Positions 63,910 through 64,000 of a stretch of DNA of 64,000 bases are shown piece by piece. The DNA comes from Clostridia bacterium (lineage in GTDB: Bacteria > Bacillota > Clostridia > Christensenellales > UBA3700): NCBI GenBank assembly GCA_029061605.1, contig JAIDRT010000011.1:43374-107373 (forward strand), in the 5' to 3' direction. Below the pieces are notes generated by a model. It ran no database searches. It saw only the letters and a program-made list of their open reading frames with translations, and was not told where the DNA came from. Every line of letters begins with the position of its first letter. The first letter of the stretch is position 1. The position numbers and the translations under genes are program-made.

Positions 63910-64000
63910 CTATACCTCCTCAGCCAACATCGCCTTGACTTTTACAAGTCTGACAATCGTACTTCTTTCGTTCTCGTCAAGTTTCATTGTGATAAAGCGT
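63910..64000 (-). CDS. 3' end of an unidentified gene (last ~29 codons), truncated by the window edge
   Basis: The frame is open from the window edge to TAG (63912-63910), which directly abuts the next start codon (TAGATG). The peptide ...MKLDENERSTIVRLVKVKAMLAEEV is not diagnostic. Confidence 0.35.
   Translation of the reverse strand, partial: RFITMKLDENERSTIVRLVKVKAMLAEEV

Overview
This is a chromosomal segment of a moderately AT-rich Firmicutes/Clostridia-type genome. The assignment rests on the gene orders ecfA1-ecfA2-ecfT-truA and metG-tatD-...-rsmA, on PFOR, luxS and a split transketolase, and on AGGAGG-type RBSs. I call about 50 protein genes (roughly 80% on the minus strand) and one tRNA-Glu(UUC). 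I see no rRNA, no CRISPR array and no recognisable transposase or integrase. The housekeeping blocks are interrupted by accessory pieces that look AT-richer by eye. (a) 1-10.3 kb holds two tandem fused ABC ATPase/FtsX-permease genes sharing a 684-bp ~95-96% identical 5' segment, a 1558-aa glycine-rich surface protein, and a membrane-tethered XRE regulator co-transcribed with a small secreted protein. (b) A membrane-anchored Mrr-type nuclease gene lies next to the tRNA. (c) A 1767-aa surface protein carries a long charged repeat tail and has an unusual inverted-repeat/promoter cassette upstream. (d) There are several small XRE/MarR modules with perfect palindromic operators. The most striking non-genic signal is a family of REP/MITE-like palindromic units (GTCAYYYYGAGCGNAGTCGAGAAATCTC and its complement, plus a G-rich hairpin sub-unit). 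It fills almost every long intergenic gap, with at least 25 units at about 14 loci. Candidates for something undescribed, in my order of preference, are the REP-like family with apparent compensatory changes, the two giant-protein loci with their upstream repeat architectures, and the Mrr-like membrane nuclease islet. All domain calls come from motif recognition by eye. No database search, folding or composition calculation was run.
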